Assembly (NCBI GenBank): GCA_020049775.1
Contig: JAGVLO010000013.1
Location: 37,256 to 101,255 of the forward strand
DNA from: Alphaproteobacteria bacterium
Lineage (GTDB): Bacteria > Pseudomonadota > Alphaproteobacteria > Rickettsiales > SXRF01
DNA: 64,000 bases
Direction: 5' to 3'
Under the pieces are notes generated by a model. It did not search any database. It had not been told where the DNA came from and saw only the letters and a program-made list of their open reading frames with translations. Both the position numbers and the translations under genes were made by a program. This document shows, piece after piece, positions 30,232-38,245 of the stretch (positions within the stretch are counted from its first letter, which is position 1; each line of letters opens with the position of its first letter).

Positions 30232-30264
30232 AAAAAAGGGCCCCCGATTTTGGGGGCCCTTTCT
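30232..30264. terminator. Bidirectional hairpin terminator between dnaQ and the ompA-like gene
   Basis: AAAAAA-GGGCCCCC-GATTTT-GGGGGCCC-TTTCT. The perfect 8-bp GC stem is flanked by an A-run and a T-run. Confidence 0.85.
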
Positions 30265-30282
30265 ATTCGTAGCTGTTGAAGC

Positions 30283-30867
30283 TTAGCGTTTTACGTTGAG
30301 CTTAATTTCAACGCGGCGGTCAGCTGCCAGACAGGAAATCAGATCTTTCCTTTCGGTTACAGCATCGCACTTGGTGAGAGACTTGCTTTCACCCGCGCCT
30401 TCAACATAGATGCTCTTGGTCTTCAGGCCTTTTTTGGCGAGGTAAGACTTTACAGCCTCAGCACGGCGCTTGGAGAGTACCTTGTTGTAGCTCGGGTTGC
30501 CGATTTTGTCAGCGAAACCGATGATATCTACGTTTTCAACTTCTTGTGAATCCAGAATGATCTTTGCGATTTCATCCAGCTTTGCTTTTTCCTTGGTGTT
30601 CAAGGTCGAGCGATTGAAATCGAAGTAAACGGTGCGCTCTTCGCGGCTCAGCCTGGAGAGGATATCACGGCCACCGCATTCATCGGAGCCGCTGTCCCAC
30701 TTGGTTACCACGCAGTTGCCGTGTGTGTTCAGTACAACATCACCACGAGCGTCCCTTACAACGTCTTGAGTTCCGCTTGTTTCGACGGTCGCATATACGG
30801 CGGCCGGAATGAGCATCACGCCGAAAGCAGCCAGCAGCGAAGCTTTTTTAATATTGATCATGAGCAT
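30283..30867 (-). CDS. OmpA-family (peptidoglycan-binding) protein
   Basis: Signal peptide and OmpA C-like domain (VYFDFNRSTL, GFADKIGNPSYNKVLSKRRAEAV). Confidence 0.85.
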   Translation of the reverse strand: MLMINIKKASLLAAFGVMLIPAAVYATVETSGTQDVVRDARGDVVLNTHGNCVVTKWDSGSDECGGRDILSRLSREERTVYFDFNRSTLNTKEKAKLDEIAKIILDSQEVENVDIIGFADKIGNPSYNKVLSKRRAEAVKSYLAKKGLKTKSIYVEGAGESKSLTKCDAVTERKDLISCLAADRRVEIKLNVKR

Positions 30868-31111
30868 TATCCTTTTTCTTTAGTTAAAATAGGCGGTGTC
30901 GGAAGTAAGAATCTGAATTCGATAACTAATTCAAAGCCACCCCAAACGCAATGCATATTTTGTTATACCATGCACGGCAGGAGATTAGGGATACGGTCTT
31001 AAAAATCAATTAATTATGAGCATCCTTGAGACCGGATAGGGGTGGTTTGTGCATAAAAGTAGATGAGTGATGCCAGATTGCCACAGCTGGCGTCGCCAAT
31101 CTTTACTAAGG

Positions 31112-31579
31112 TTAAGAAGCGGCCGCTGCCTGTGCTTTGGCGCGATTCTGCAGGTAAAGTGCGTGAAAATCAATAGGATCAAGCATCAAAGGCGGGAATC
31201 CTCCATCGCGTGTGACGTCTGCAATTACGCGCCTAGCGAAGGGGAACAGCACGAACGGACAGTCGATAAGTATAATGGGTTCGATGCGGTCTTCCGGAAT
31301 ATTGCTGAGCTGGAAAATACCACAATAGGCAAGGTCCACCAGGAAGAGCGAATTGTTTTCTACTACGGCGCGTGTAGCGATATGCAGTGTCATTTCATAT
31401 ACGCCGTCCTGAAGTTTTTGTGCTTTTATATCCACATTTACATCAATGGTTGGCTTCAGGTTGAAGTTCATCAGGCTTTGCGGCGCATGCGGATTTTCAA
31501 AGGAGAGGTCTTTGATATATTGGCCTTTGACAATAAAGCTCTGGGCGTTGCCTGATCCTTGCTGCTCGTCTGCGCTCAT
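31112..31579 (-). CDS. secB: Protein-export chaperone SecB
   Basis: Matches the SecB pattern (YIKDLSFENP...LLFPFARRVIADVTRDGGFPPLML). Confidence 0.9.
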   Translation of the reverse strand: MSADEQQGSGNAQSFIVKGQYIKDLSFENPHAPQSLMNFNLKPTIDVNVDIKAQKLQDGVYEMTLHIATRAVVENNSLFLVDLAYCGIFQLSNIPEDRIEPIILIDCPFVLFPFARRVIADVTRDGGFPPLMLDPIDFHALYLQNRAKAQAAAAS

Positions 31580-31707
31580 GTATTCTGTCCTTCACGAAAA
31601 TTTTATTTGTGTTAAGTTGCCTGCAGACCTTATACATAAAAAACCTGCATGGTCACCAGTTAATTTTGTTATTCACCGCTCTATAGAAACAATAAGATTA
31701 TAATTAT

Positions 31708-32400
31708 ATGTCCGATGGTTCATCCTACGCCGATCTTGTAATTCTAGGCCTGCTTGCCGTTTTTATATTGCTGCGCCTGCGCAGTATTCTGGGCGACAAG
31801 GTAGGCAATGACGGCGCTGATTATTTCAAGAAAATGCTGCCGCCTGCCGTTAAACAACAGTCGCAAGCTCAGGAAGAGCCTATTGTCCAGTTGGAAGAGA
31901 AATCTTTCAAAATTAAATTCAAGGATGAAGACCCTTATCTCTCATCGCTTAAAGACAGGCAGGTTGCCGACGTTCTGGAGTCAATTAAAGAAAAGGACCT
32001 GCAATTCACCGCCACTTCATTCCTGCATGGCGCAAAGCTTGCGTATGAAATGGTGTTTGATGCCTTTGCCAAGGGCGACCGTAAAACATTGGGTATGCTG
32101 CTTTCGGAAACAACTTTCGCCGCTTTCAGTAACGAGCTGGATATCCGCGAATCATCAGAAAATAAAACAGAGACCACTCTCGTTTCTGTTGTGCCTAAGG
32201 ACATCGTTGCCGCAAGCATGAATGGAAGCATGGCGCGGCTTACCGTGAAATTTGACAGCGAACATATTACCGTGGTGCGCGATGCCAAGGGCGGAATTGT
32301 GGAAGGCGATCCTTCCGAATTACACATAGTGGATGACCAATGGATATTCGAGCGCGATATTACTAGCAAGAATCCAAACTGGAAGATTATCGAAACATGA
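31708..32400 (+). CDS. Tim44-like domain protein
   Basis: N-terminal TM anchor and C-terminal Tim44-like fold pattern (WIFERDITSKNPNWKI), common in alphaproteobacteria next to secB. Confidence 0.75.
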   Translation: MSDGSSYADLVILGLLAVFILLRLRSILGDKVGNDGADYFKKMLPPAVKQQSQAQEEPIVQLEEKSFKIKFKDEDPYLSSLKDRQVADVLESIKEKDLQFTATSFLHGAKLAYEMVFDAFAKGDRKTLGMLLSETTFAAFSNELDIRESSENKTETTLVSVVPKDIVAASMNGSMARLTVKFDSEHITVVRDAKGGIVEGDPSELHIVDDQWIFERDITSKNPNWKIIET

Positions 32401-33506
32401 TGCATTCGCTGAAACGGCTTTCTGCCGTACTGGTTCTTGTGGCGTGCAGCGGTTGCAGCCTTTTCGTTAAAGCAGATAAATTCGGGTCACGGCTCATTAC
32501 CTATTCCGAACTTCCGGGCTGGAATATCGATCATCACGGCGAAGCGCTCCAGACATTCAAGGAAAGCTGTCCGATACTGGCAAGGAAGGCGCGCGGTGCT
32601 TCCACAGGCAGCGGACTGGAAGTAAACGAAGAGGTCTGGCGGTCACTATGCAGTGAAGCTTCGCATATTTCATCCGACGACCACGAGGCTGCCCGCCTGT
32701 TTTTCGAGCGCCGCTTTGCCCCGTACCGCGTCAATAATAATGGCAAGGAGCTGGGCCTGTTCACCGGTTATTATGAACCCACCCTTTACGGTTCGCTCAA
32801 GCGTATCGGTAATTATAAATACCCGCTCTATGCGCCGCCTGCCGGCCTGAAAGAGAAAAAGCCCTATTACAGCCATGCTGAAATCAACCGCGGGGCATTG
32901 GCCAACCGTAGGCTAGAGCTGGTGTGGGTGGATGATCCGGTGATGATATTTTTCCTGCACATACAGGGCAGCGGCCGTATTATTCTGAGTAACGGCACGG
33001 AGCGGCTGATAGGCTATGCCGACCAGAACGGCCATGGCTATGTGTCGCTGGGCAAGGTTATGGGCGAGGAAGGCCTGCTGCCCAAAGACCAGATAAATTT
33101 CTTCACCCTGCGCCAGTGGCTATATGAAAATCCGGACCGCGCTTTTGCCATGATGGAAAAAAATCCCTCTTATGTATTTTTTAAATGGCTAGACAAAAAA
33201 AGGCCGGTTGGTGCAATCGGCGCAGAACTGACGGCCCAGCGTTCGCTGGCCGTAGAAAGCCGCCATATTCCTTACGGCTTGCCGCTTTACCTGCAGACCG
33301 AGCTTCCGGCCACCCCTGGCAACGCACCCACGCCGTTTAACCGTGTGATGATTGCGCAGGACACGGGCGGCGCTATACGCGGACCTGTGCGCGGCGACAT
33401 CTTTTTCGGCCCCGGCCAGCAAGCGGAATATCTTGCCGGCTACATGAAAAACAGGGGTTTCTACAACCTTCTGGTGCCGCGCGAGATTGCCTACCAGCTG
33501 CAATGA
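32397..33506 (+). CDS. mltA: Membrane-bound lytic murein transglycosylase A
   Basis: Lipoprotein-type signal (LVACSGC), MltA and 3D domain motifs (FTGYYEP, DTGGAIRG...DIFFG). Confidence 0.85.
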   Translation: MMHSLKRLSAVLVLVACSGCSLFVKADKFGSRLITYSELPGWNIDHHGEALQTFKESCPILARKARGASTGSGLEVNEEVWRSLCSEASHISSDDHEAARLFFERRFAPYRVNNNGKELGLFTGYYEPTLYGSLKRIGNYKYPLYAPPAGLKEKKPYYSHAEINRGALANRRLELVWVDDPVMIFFLHIQGSGRIILSNGTERLIGYADQNGHGYVSLGKVMGEEGLLPKDQINFFTLRQWLYENPDRAFAMMEKNPSYVFFKWLDKKRPVGAIGAELTAQRSLAVESRHIPYGLPLYLQTELPATPGNAPTPFNRVMIAQDTGGAIRGPVRGDIFFGPGQQAEYLAGYMKNRGFYNLLVPREIAYQLQ

Positions 33507-34081
33507 AGCGTACGCTGACACCTGAGGAAAAAGAACTATGGCGCTATGTCACGCGCCATGACAAGCCGCTCGATAGCGCTACATTAGAGGCAATGGAAGA
33601 GCCTGCTGAGAAAACGGTAAAAACAAAAGAAAAACCTGTGGTAAAAAAATGGCGGCCAGGGATGCACTCGGGCATGCATGCCGCGGCCGCACCTGCCGCT
33701 ACGACTAAAAAAGAAAATGCCCTTTCACAGGGGTTGTATGCAGGCATTGACCGCAACACGGCGGAGCGTTTCCGCAAGGGCGATTACCCGATAAACGCCA
33801 CACTTGATTTGCATGGCATGAACCGTGAAAAAGCACACGCCATGTTGATGGCGTTCCTGAATATATTTTATGCCCAAGACGCGCGCTGCCTGCTGGTCAT
33901 TACCGGCAAAGGCAAGAAGGACGTGCAGGGCGGGGATAAAATATCCGGCGTGTTGCGTGAATCGCTGCCGCAATGGCTGAGTGTGCCGGACGTAAAAAAA
34001 ATGATACTGGCCTTTGATGTGGCTAAGCCAAAGCATGGCGGCAGTGGCGCATTTTATATTTTACTACGGCGCAAACGCTAA
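33503..34081 (+). CDS. Smr-domain protein
   Basis: C-terminal Smr domain (LDLHGM...CLLVITGKG...GVLR). Confidence 0.8.
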   Translation: MKRTLTPEEKELWRYVTRHDKPLDSATLEAMEEPAEKTVKTKEKPVVKKWRPGMHSGMHAAAAPAATTKKENALSQGLYAGIDRNTAERFRKGDYPINATLDLHGMNREKAHAMLMAFLNIFYAQDARCLLVITGKGKKDVQGGDKISGVLRESLPQWLSVPDVKKMILAFDVAKPKHGGSGAFYILLRRKR

Positions 34082-34091
34082 AATATTTTCC

Positions 34092-34135
34092 CTAAAAACA
34101 CAAAACTCTCCGCCTCGGAGAGGGGAGAGTTTTGT
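34092..34135 (-). terminator. Rho-independent terminator of cassette B1
   Basis: Minus-sense RNA is CAAAACUCUCCCCUC-UCC-GAGG(C)GGAGAGUUUUG followed by UGUUUUUAGGG. It is preceded by the conserved box CAACCAGGCCTTAAATGGCCC (34135-34158). Confidence 0.8.
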
Positions 34136-34165
34136 GGGCCATTTAAGGCCTGGTTGCTTCTGGTT

Positions 34166-34519
34166 TTAGCCGGGGTACACCACGGTGGACGCGTTCTCCG
34201 TGACCAACATGAACTCCACGCCCGACAGCAGCTCGATCGTCTCGATCGTCTCGATCAGGTCGAGCGGCATGGCGGCCATCAGCATCTCGGTGATGAGGCT
34301 GCTGACGGTGAACGTGGTGATGCGGGTACCCTCGTTGAGCAGCTCGACCACGCGGGGGGTACCCGGGGTGAGCGCCAGCAGGGGCATCTCGCGCGGCAAC
34401 AGGTTGTTGCCGCCCACCTCCAACAGCACGGGGCTGTGGCCCTCGTTCGTGAGGGTGATGGTGTTGTTCTCGTCGTTCGCGGACACGTTGATGCAGCCGG
34501 CCAGAATGAAGCGCGCCAT
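34166..34519 (-). CDS. Orphan soluble protein B1 (117 aa), GC3-saturated
   Basis: ATG at 34519 lies 5 nt after SD AGGAGA (34525-34530). 114 of 117 sense codons end in G/C. Sequence: MARFILAGCINVSANDENNTITLTNEGHSPVLLEV...MPLDLIETIETIELL... Homologous to B2. Confidence 0.8.
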   Translation of the reverse strand: MARFILAGCINVSANDENNTITLTNEGHSPVLLEVGGNNLLPREMPLLALTPGTPRVVELLNEGTRITTFTVSSLITEMLMAAMPLDLIETIETIELLSGVEFMLVTENASTVVYPG

Positions 34520-34613
34520 GGATTTCTCCTAATATACGGCGCCAAACGGGACACTCGCAGGGAACTGTTCCCTGTGAGCCTGTACCTCTCTTGTGAGGGG
34601 TAAAGTGACAAGA
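34520..34613 (-). promoter_or_regulatory. Structured 5' leader, family B copy 1
   Basis: Scaffold shared with copy 2: TCTTG..CTTTACC..CAGGCT-[21-nt hairpin]-AGTG..AGGAGAAAtCC. The hairpin CACAGGGAACAGTTCCCTGCG lies at 34556-34576. TATAAT lies just upstream (34616-34621 on the minus sense). Confidence 0.6.
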
Positions 34614-34693
34614 CTTATTATAAATTAACCAAAGGCAGTAAAAAACAGGATTTTTATGACAATATGTTGAATATGACGTTTCAACTATATGAT

Positions 34694-34735
34694 ATAAAAC
34701 ACAAAACTCCCCGCCTCGGAGAGGGGAGAGTTTTG
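34694..34735 (-). terminator. Rho-independent terminator of cassette B2
   Basis: Same hairpin as B1 with one A-U to G-U change (GGGGAG arm), followed by UGUUUUAUAUC. The conserved 3' box is at 34736-34759. Confidence 0.8.
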
Positions 34736-34765
34736 CGGACCATTTAAGGCCTGGTTGTCACGGTG

Positions 34766-35122
34766 TTAGTTGTCGTCGGTCGGCACGAGCTTGAGCGTCT
34801 GGTCGCCTTCCATCACGAACGTGTCCGCGATGCCCACGCTCACCAGTTCGGCGATGAGGCCGAGGCTGTCGAGCGGGATCTCGTCCACGGTCACGACGGG
34901 GAGCGTCATGAACTGGCCGACGACGATCCGGCACTCGGTCATGCTGCCCTTCGGCAACGCGACCGCCTGCCCGGGGAACAGGGTGAAGCTGTCCGAGGCC
35001 ACCTCCTCGCGGGGGTTTCCCGCGATGACCAGCTTCGTCGCTTTGCCCTCGTTCTTGAACGCGACCAGCTCGCCGTTCTCCGACACACTGACCACCACAC
35101 CACTGACGTTGAGGTTCTGCAC
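34766..35122 (-). CDS. Orphan soluble protein B2 (118 aa), GC3-rich; GTG start
   Basis: GTG at 35122 lies 6 nt after SD AGGAGA (35129-35134), at the same place as the B1 start. The composition shift begins here. Sequence: VQNLNVSGVVVSVSENGELVAFKNEGKATKLVIAG...IPLDSLGLIAELVSV... The ORF-track ATG at 35224 lies inside the leader. Confidence 0.7.
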   Translation of the reverse strand: MQNLNVSGVVVSVSENGELVAFKNEGKATKLVIAGNPREEVASDSFTLFPGQAVALPKGSMTECRIVVGQFMTLPVVTVDEIPLDSLGLIAELVSVGIADTFVMEGDQTLKLVPTDDN

Positions 35123-35217
35123 TGGTTTTCTCCTATGTGCAGGCCACACGATGCACTCGACAAGGAACATCCCCATCGAGCCTGGCTTTACAATACCCTG
35201 AGGTAAAGAAAGCAAGA
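35123..35217 (-). promoter_or_regulatory. Structured 5' leader, family B copy 2
   Basis: The hairpin CGATGGGGATGTTCCTTGTCG at 35158-35178 sits between the conserved CAGGCT and AGTG. Two fully compensatory pair changes relative to copy 1. Confidence 0.6.
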
Positions 35218-35322
35218 TTAGCACCTATTAATATACATTAATTATTGGGGTTGAAAAACGGCGTTATTTGAAGAATTCGTTACGAAAAGGTAAATAAAAT
35301 TATCGTAATACACTGATTTTAT

Positions 35323-36078
35323 TTATGAATCATTATCCAGCTTTTGTTTCTTTGTGCCTAAAAGCGGTTTTTTACCCTTCTTTGTGCGCGCCAGTGCGAT
35401 TTTAGCGGTAAAACTTCCTTGAGGCGTGCTTGCCTCAGGGCTTGTCGGTGAAGCTGCTTCCTTGGGCTTTTGCTTGGGCTTGGCAGTGTTTTCTCGGCAG
35501 GAGATAAAATATTGGCCTTGCGGGTTGGTCTGGATTTCCAGCACATGCTTGACCATACGCTCTTTAGCTGGACGGTCGGAGCAGTAAATCATAATAAAAA
35601 GTTTTGCCGGATTGGGTATGGAGACTTTGGGAAATGTCTCGTGCAGGCTGGTAAGTTCGGCTTGCGCTGCTTCAATGGTTGCGTAGGTTTTCCCCTTGCG
35701 CACAGCGCGCAGGATAGGATTCCCCCAGTTGGGATTATTGCGCGAAACTTGGGAACGCTGCGGGTGTTCGCGGTAATCCACTGCCATTTTATTGGCAACC
35801 AGCGCATAGCGTCCGTCATTTTTCTGAAAAGTAACGACGGCAAAATGTCCTAGCACGCCGTGTTTTTCGTCACCTGCCTCAAGGCCAAATCCCTTTATCC
35901 ACAGGATGAGGGACGGGTGTTCGGGATTGTTGATTTGTTTCTTGGCGGCAATAAAGTGGCGCTTCAGCGCCTGTAATTGTTCGGCGGCTTCTTGCGGGGT
36001 GGCAAAGCGGTACATACCGCTGATAACGGCCTGTATGGTGGGGTTATTGATACTGGCGTAGCGCTTCGATTCACTCAT
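35323..36078 (-). CDS. Hypothetical protein (251 aa) with basic Lys/Pro-rich C-terminus
   Basis: Clean ORF of host-like composition, divergent from the ompR-like gene. No motif recognised. Confidence 0.55.
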   Translation of the reverse strand: MSESKRYASINNPTIQAVISGMYRFATPQEAAEQLQALKRHFIAAKKQINNPEHPSLILWIKGFGLEAGDEKHGVLGHFAVVTFQKNDGRYALVANKMAVDYREHPQRSQVSRNNPNWGNPILRAVRKGKTYATIEAAQAELTSLHETFPKVSIPNPAKLFIMIYCSDRPAKERMVKHVLEIQTNPQGQYFISCRENTAKPKQKPKEAASPTSPEASTPQGSFTAKIALARTKKGKKPLLGTKKQKLDNDS

Positions 36079-36205
36079 GGATCACTTATGGGCAGTCAAG
36101 TTAGTCTATGACAATACGATATAAATCATTATGATACACATGCACAGCAGTGTATTGTGCAGTCCGATATTCTACATTTTGCAGGTGAAGGAAGCGTTAA
36201 TAACC

Positions 36206-36913
36206 ATGGCAGGCGCAAAAGCACATATCCTTGTGGTCGATGATGATGACCGCCTGCGCGCGCTGCTCAAACGCTTTTTGCGCGAGCAGGGCTTTATGGT
36301 GACGGTGGCTGCCGATGCCGACGAAGCTTGCCGCAAATTATCACATTTTCTGTTCGACATGATGATACTTGATGTGATGATGCCGGGCCGCTCCGGTTTG
36401 GAGTTATTATCGGAGCTTAAGGAAAAATTGCGCATGCCGGTGCTGATGTTGTCTGCCATGGGCGAAAGTGAAGATCGCATACGCGGGCTGGAAGTCGGCG
36501 CCGAAGATTATGTCACCAAGCCTTTTGAACCTAAGGAGCTGGTGCTTCGTATCCGCGCGATATTGCGCCGGGCGCAATCGTCACCGCAGCTCAAAGTAAA
36601 AACTATTACCTTTGGCGAATATCATTTTGATCTGGCTAGCAGCCAGCTGAAACGCGGAAGCGAGAATATTGCGCTTACGTCCGGAGAACTGGCCATATTG
36701 AAATTATTGGCAGAAAACGCCGGAAAACCCGTCTCGCGTGATGAGCTGGCACGCGCTGGCGGTGGCGCCAATGAACGCACAGTGGATGTGCAAATTACTC
36801 GGCTGCGCAAAAAAATTGAAGATAGCGAAGGCAAGCCCGTGTACTTGCAAACGGTACGCGGTTCCGGCTATGTGCTTTATGCGGAAGGTGCGGGGCATCG
36901 TGAAAGTAATTAA
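36206..36913 (+). CDS. OmpR-like response regulator
   Basis: HILVVDDDDRLRALLKRFLREQGF, MILDVMMPG, KPFEPKEL, and winged helix VDVQITRLRKKIE. Start set at MAGAKAH (36206). Confidence 0.85.
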   Translation: MAGAKAHILVVDDDDRLRALLKRFLREQGFMVTVAADADEACRKLSHFLFDMMILDVMMPGRSGLELLSELKEKLRMPVLMLSAMGESEDRIRGLEVGAEDYVTKPFEPKELVLRIRAILRRAQSSPQLKVKTITFGEYHFDLASSQLKRGSENIALTSGELAILKLLAENAGKPVSRDELARAGGGANERTVDVQITRLRKKIEDSEGKPVYLQTVRGSGYVLYAEGAGHRESN

Positions 36914-38231
36914 AGATTTTCTGCCCAAAAGTTTGTTTGGGCGCGCGCTGTTGATTCTGGTGTTGCCTACCGTGCTGATACAGTTGGTGGTGACCTATGT
37001 ATTTTTTGACCGGCACTGGGACGATGTGACGCGCCGCATAGCGCTCAATACGGCAGGAGAGGTGCAGTTTTTTATCCAGCAGCTTAAGCAGGCAGATGCC
37101 AGCCATAAAGACGATGTGGTGGGCGAATTTGTCAAAGCAACAGGAATTAATGTGTTTTTTGAAGATGCTGATAGCTTTCGCAAAAATGCTATCAGCAAAG
37201 AGTTTCCAGAGTTTCAACGTTACCTCCGTGCCAAGATAGAAGAACCCTTTACCCTGCGGCAGATTGACAAGGGCGCCACGATAGAGATTCGCGTTTTGCT
37301 GCCACAGGAAGTGCTGAAGCTCGAGATGACCAGCAAGCGCCTTGCCAGCCGGACAACGATTATATTCGTGCTGTGGATGGTGGCGGCATCGGTGGTGTTT
37401 TTGCTGATTGCTGTCGTATTCCTGCGCAACCAGATACGCCCCATTTCGCAGCTGGCCGAAGCGGCTGATAATTTTGGGCGCGGCCTTGACATGCCTGGAT
37501 TCCGACCACATGGCGCTAGCGAAGTGCGCCGTGCGTCGCGTGCATTCATTGTAATGAGGGAGCGTATAAAGCGCCAGATACGTACCCGCACTGAAATGCT
37601 GGCGGGTATCTCGCATGATTTGCGCACGCCGTTGACCCGTATGAAACTGCAACTGGCTATGCTTGGTGATACGGAAGAGGCAAAAGAACTCAGCGATGAT
37701 GTGCAGCAGATGGAACATATGATTGAGGAATACCTGGATTTTGCACGCGGTGAAGGCGGAGAAGAGGCGGTGCGCACCGCGCTGCACGAATTGCTTTCGG
37801 ACATTGCCGCCGATTACCAGCGTGCTAATGCGAAGGTTGTTTTTGTAGCACAGGAGCAACTGTTCAAGGATATACGCGTAAGCGCGTTCAGGCGCATGCT
37901 GCATAACATTATCGACAATGCGTTGCGGTATGGAAAAAAATGCGAAATTGGATTGCGTAAAACGGCAAATTTCTGCGAGATTACCATTGATGACGACGGT
38001 CCGGGAATTCCCGAAGAAAAGCGTGAGGAGGTCTTTAAGCCGTTCATACGACTGGATCCGTCGCGCAATGCAAAAACCGGAGGTGTCGGGTTGGGGCTGA
38101 CCATTGCGCGTGACGTTGCGCTGGCGCATGGAGGCAGCATTGTGCTGGAAAGCGCGCCAGAAAGCAATTTGAAGCCAGAAAGCAATTTGAAGAATGGCGG
38201 CTTGCGCGTTATCATCAGATTGCCGCTGTAA
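36900..38231 (+). CDS. EnvZ-like sensor histidine kinase
   Basis: TM-periplasmic-TM-HAMP layout, H-box GISHDLRTPLTRM, IDNALRYG, DDDGPGIP, and GGVGLGLTIA. GTG start at 36900 overlaps the regulator end; ATG 36879 is an alternative. Confidence 0.8.
   Translation: MKVIKDFLPKSLFGRALLILVLPTVLIQLVVTYVFFDRHWDDVTRRIALNTAGEVQFFIQQLKQADASHKDDVVGEFVKATGINVFFEDADSFRKNAISKEFPEFQRYLRAKIEEPFTLRQIDKGATIEIRVLLPQEVLKLEMTSKRLASRTTIIFVLWMVAASVVFLLIAVVFLRNQIRPISQLAEAADNFGRGLDMPGFRPHGASEVRRASRAFIVMRERIKRQIRTRTEMLAGISHDLRTPLTRMKLQLAMLGDTEEAKELSDDVQQMEHMIEEYLDFARGEGGEEAVRTALHELLSDIAADYQRANAKVVFVAQEQLFKDIRVSAFRRMLHNIIDNALRYGKKCEIGLRKTANFCEITIDDDGPGIPEEKREEVFKPFIRLDPSRNAKTGGVGLGLTIARDVALAHGGSIVLESAPESNLKPESNLKNGGLRVIIRLPL
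38157..38192 (+). repeat. Perfect 2 x 18-bp in-frame tandem duplication inside the kinase C-terminus
   Basis: CCAGAAAGCAATTTGAAG occurs twice back to back (38157-38174, 38175-38192). It encodes PESNLK-PESNLK. Confidence 0.95.
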
Positions 38232-38245
38232 CAGGAGAGAATGAC

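Larger units (their letters stand above)
34092..35217 (-). repeat. Locus B: tandem pair of leader-CDS-terminator cassette units (unit 1 34092-34613, unit 2 34694-35217)
   Basis: The 3' box plus hairpin differs at 3 of 61 positions between units. The leaders share a scaffold with a covarying hairpin. The CDS are divergent and GC3-rich. An AT-rich spacer lies at 34614-34693. Confidence 0.85.

Noticed and set aside
34154-35206. Shadow and alternative-frame ORFs inside locus B (34154-34603 +, 34185-34532 +, 34279-34611 -, 34763-35206 +, 34770-35201 +, 34939-35163 -).
   Set aside because: Same reasoning as for locus A. The terminator G-U pairs also orient transcription on the minus strand.
34766-35224. 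ORF-track start ATG 35224 for cassette B2 (152 aa).
   Set aside because: The upstream 34 codons have leader-like composition and contain the conserved hairpin. The GTG at 35122 sits behind the same AGGAGAAA(A/T)CC block as the B1 ATG and yields a protein collinear with B1.
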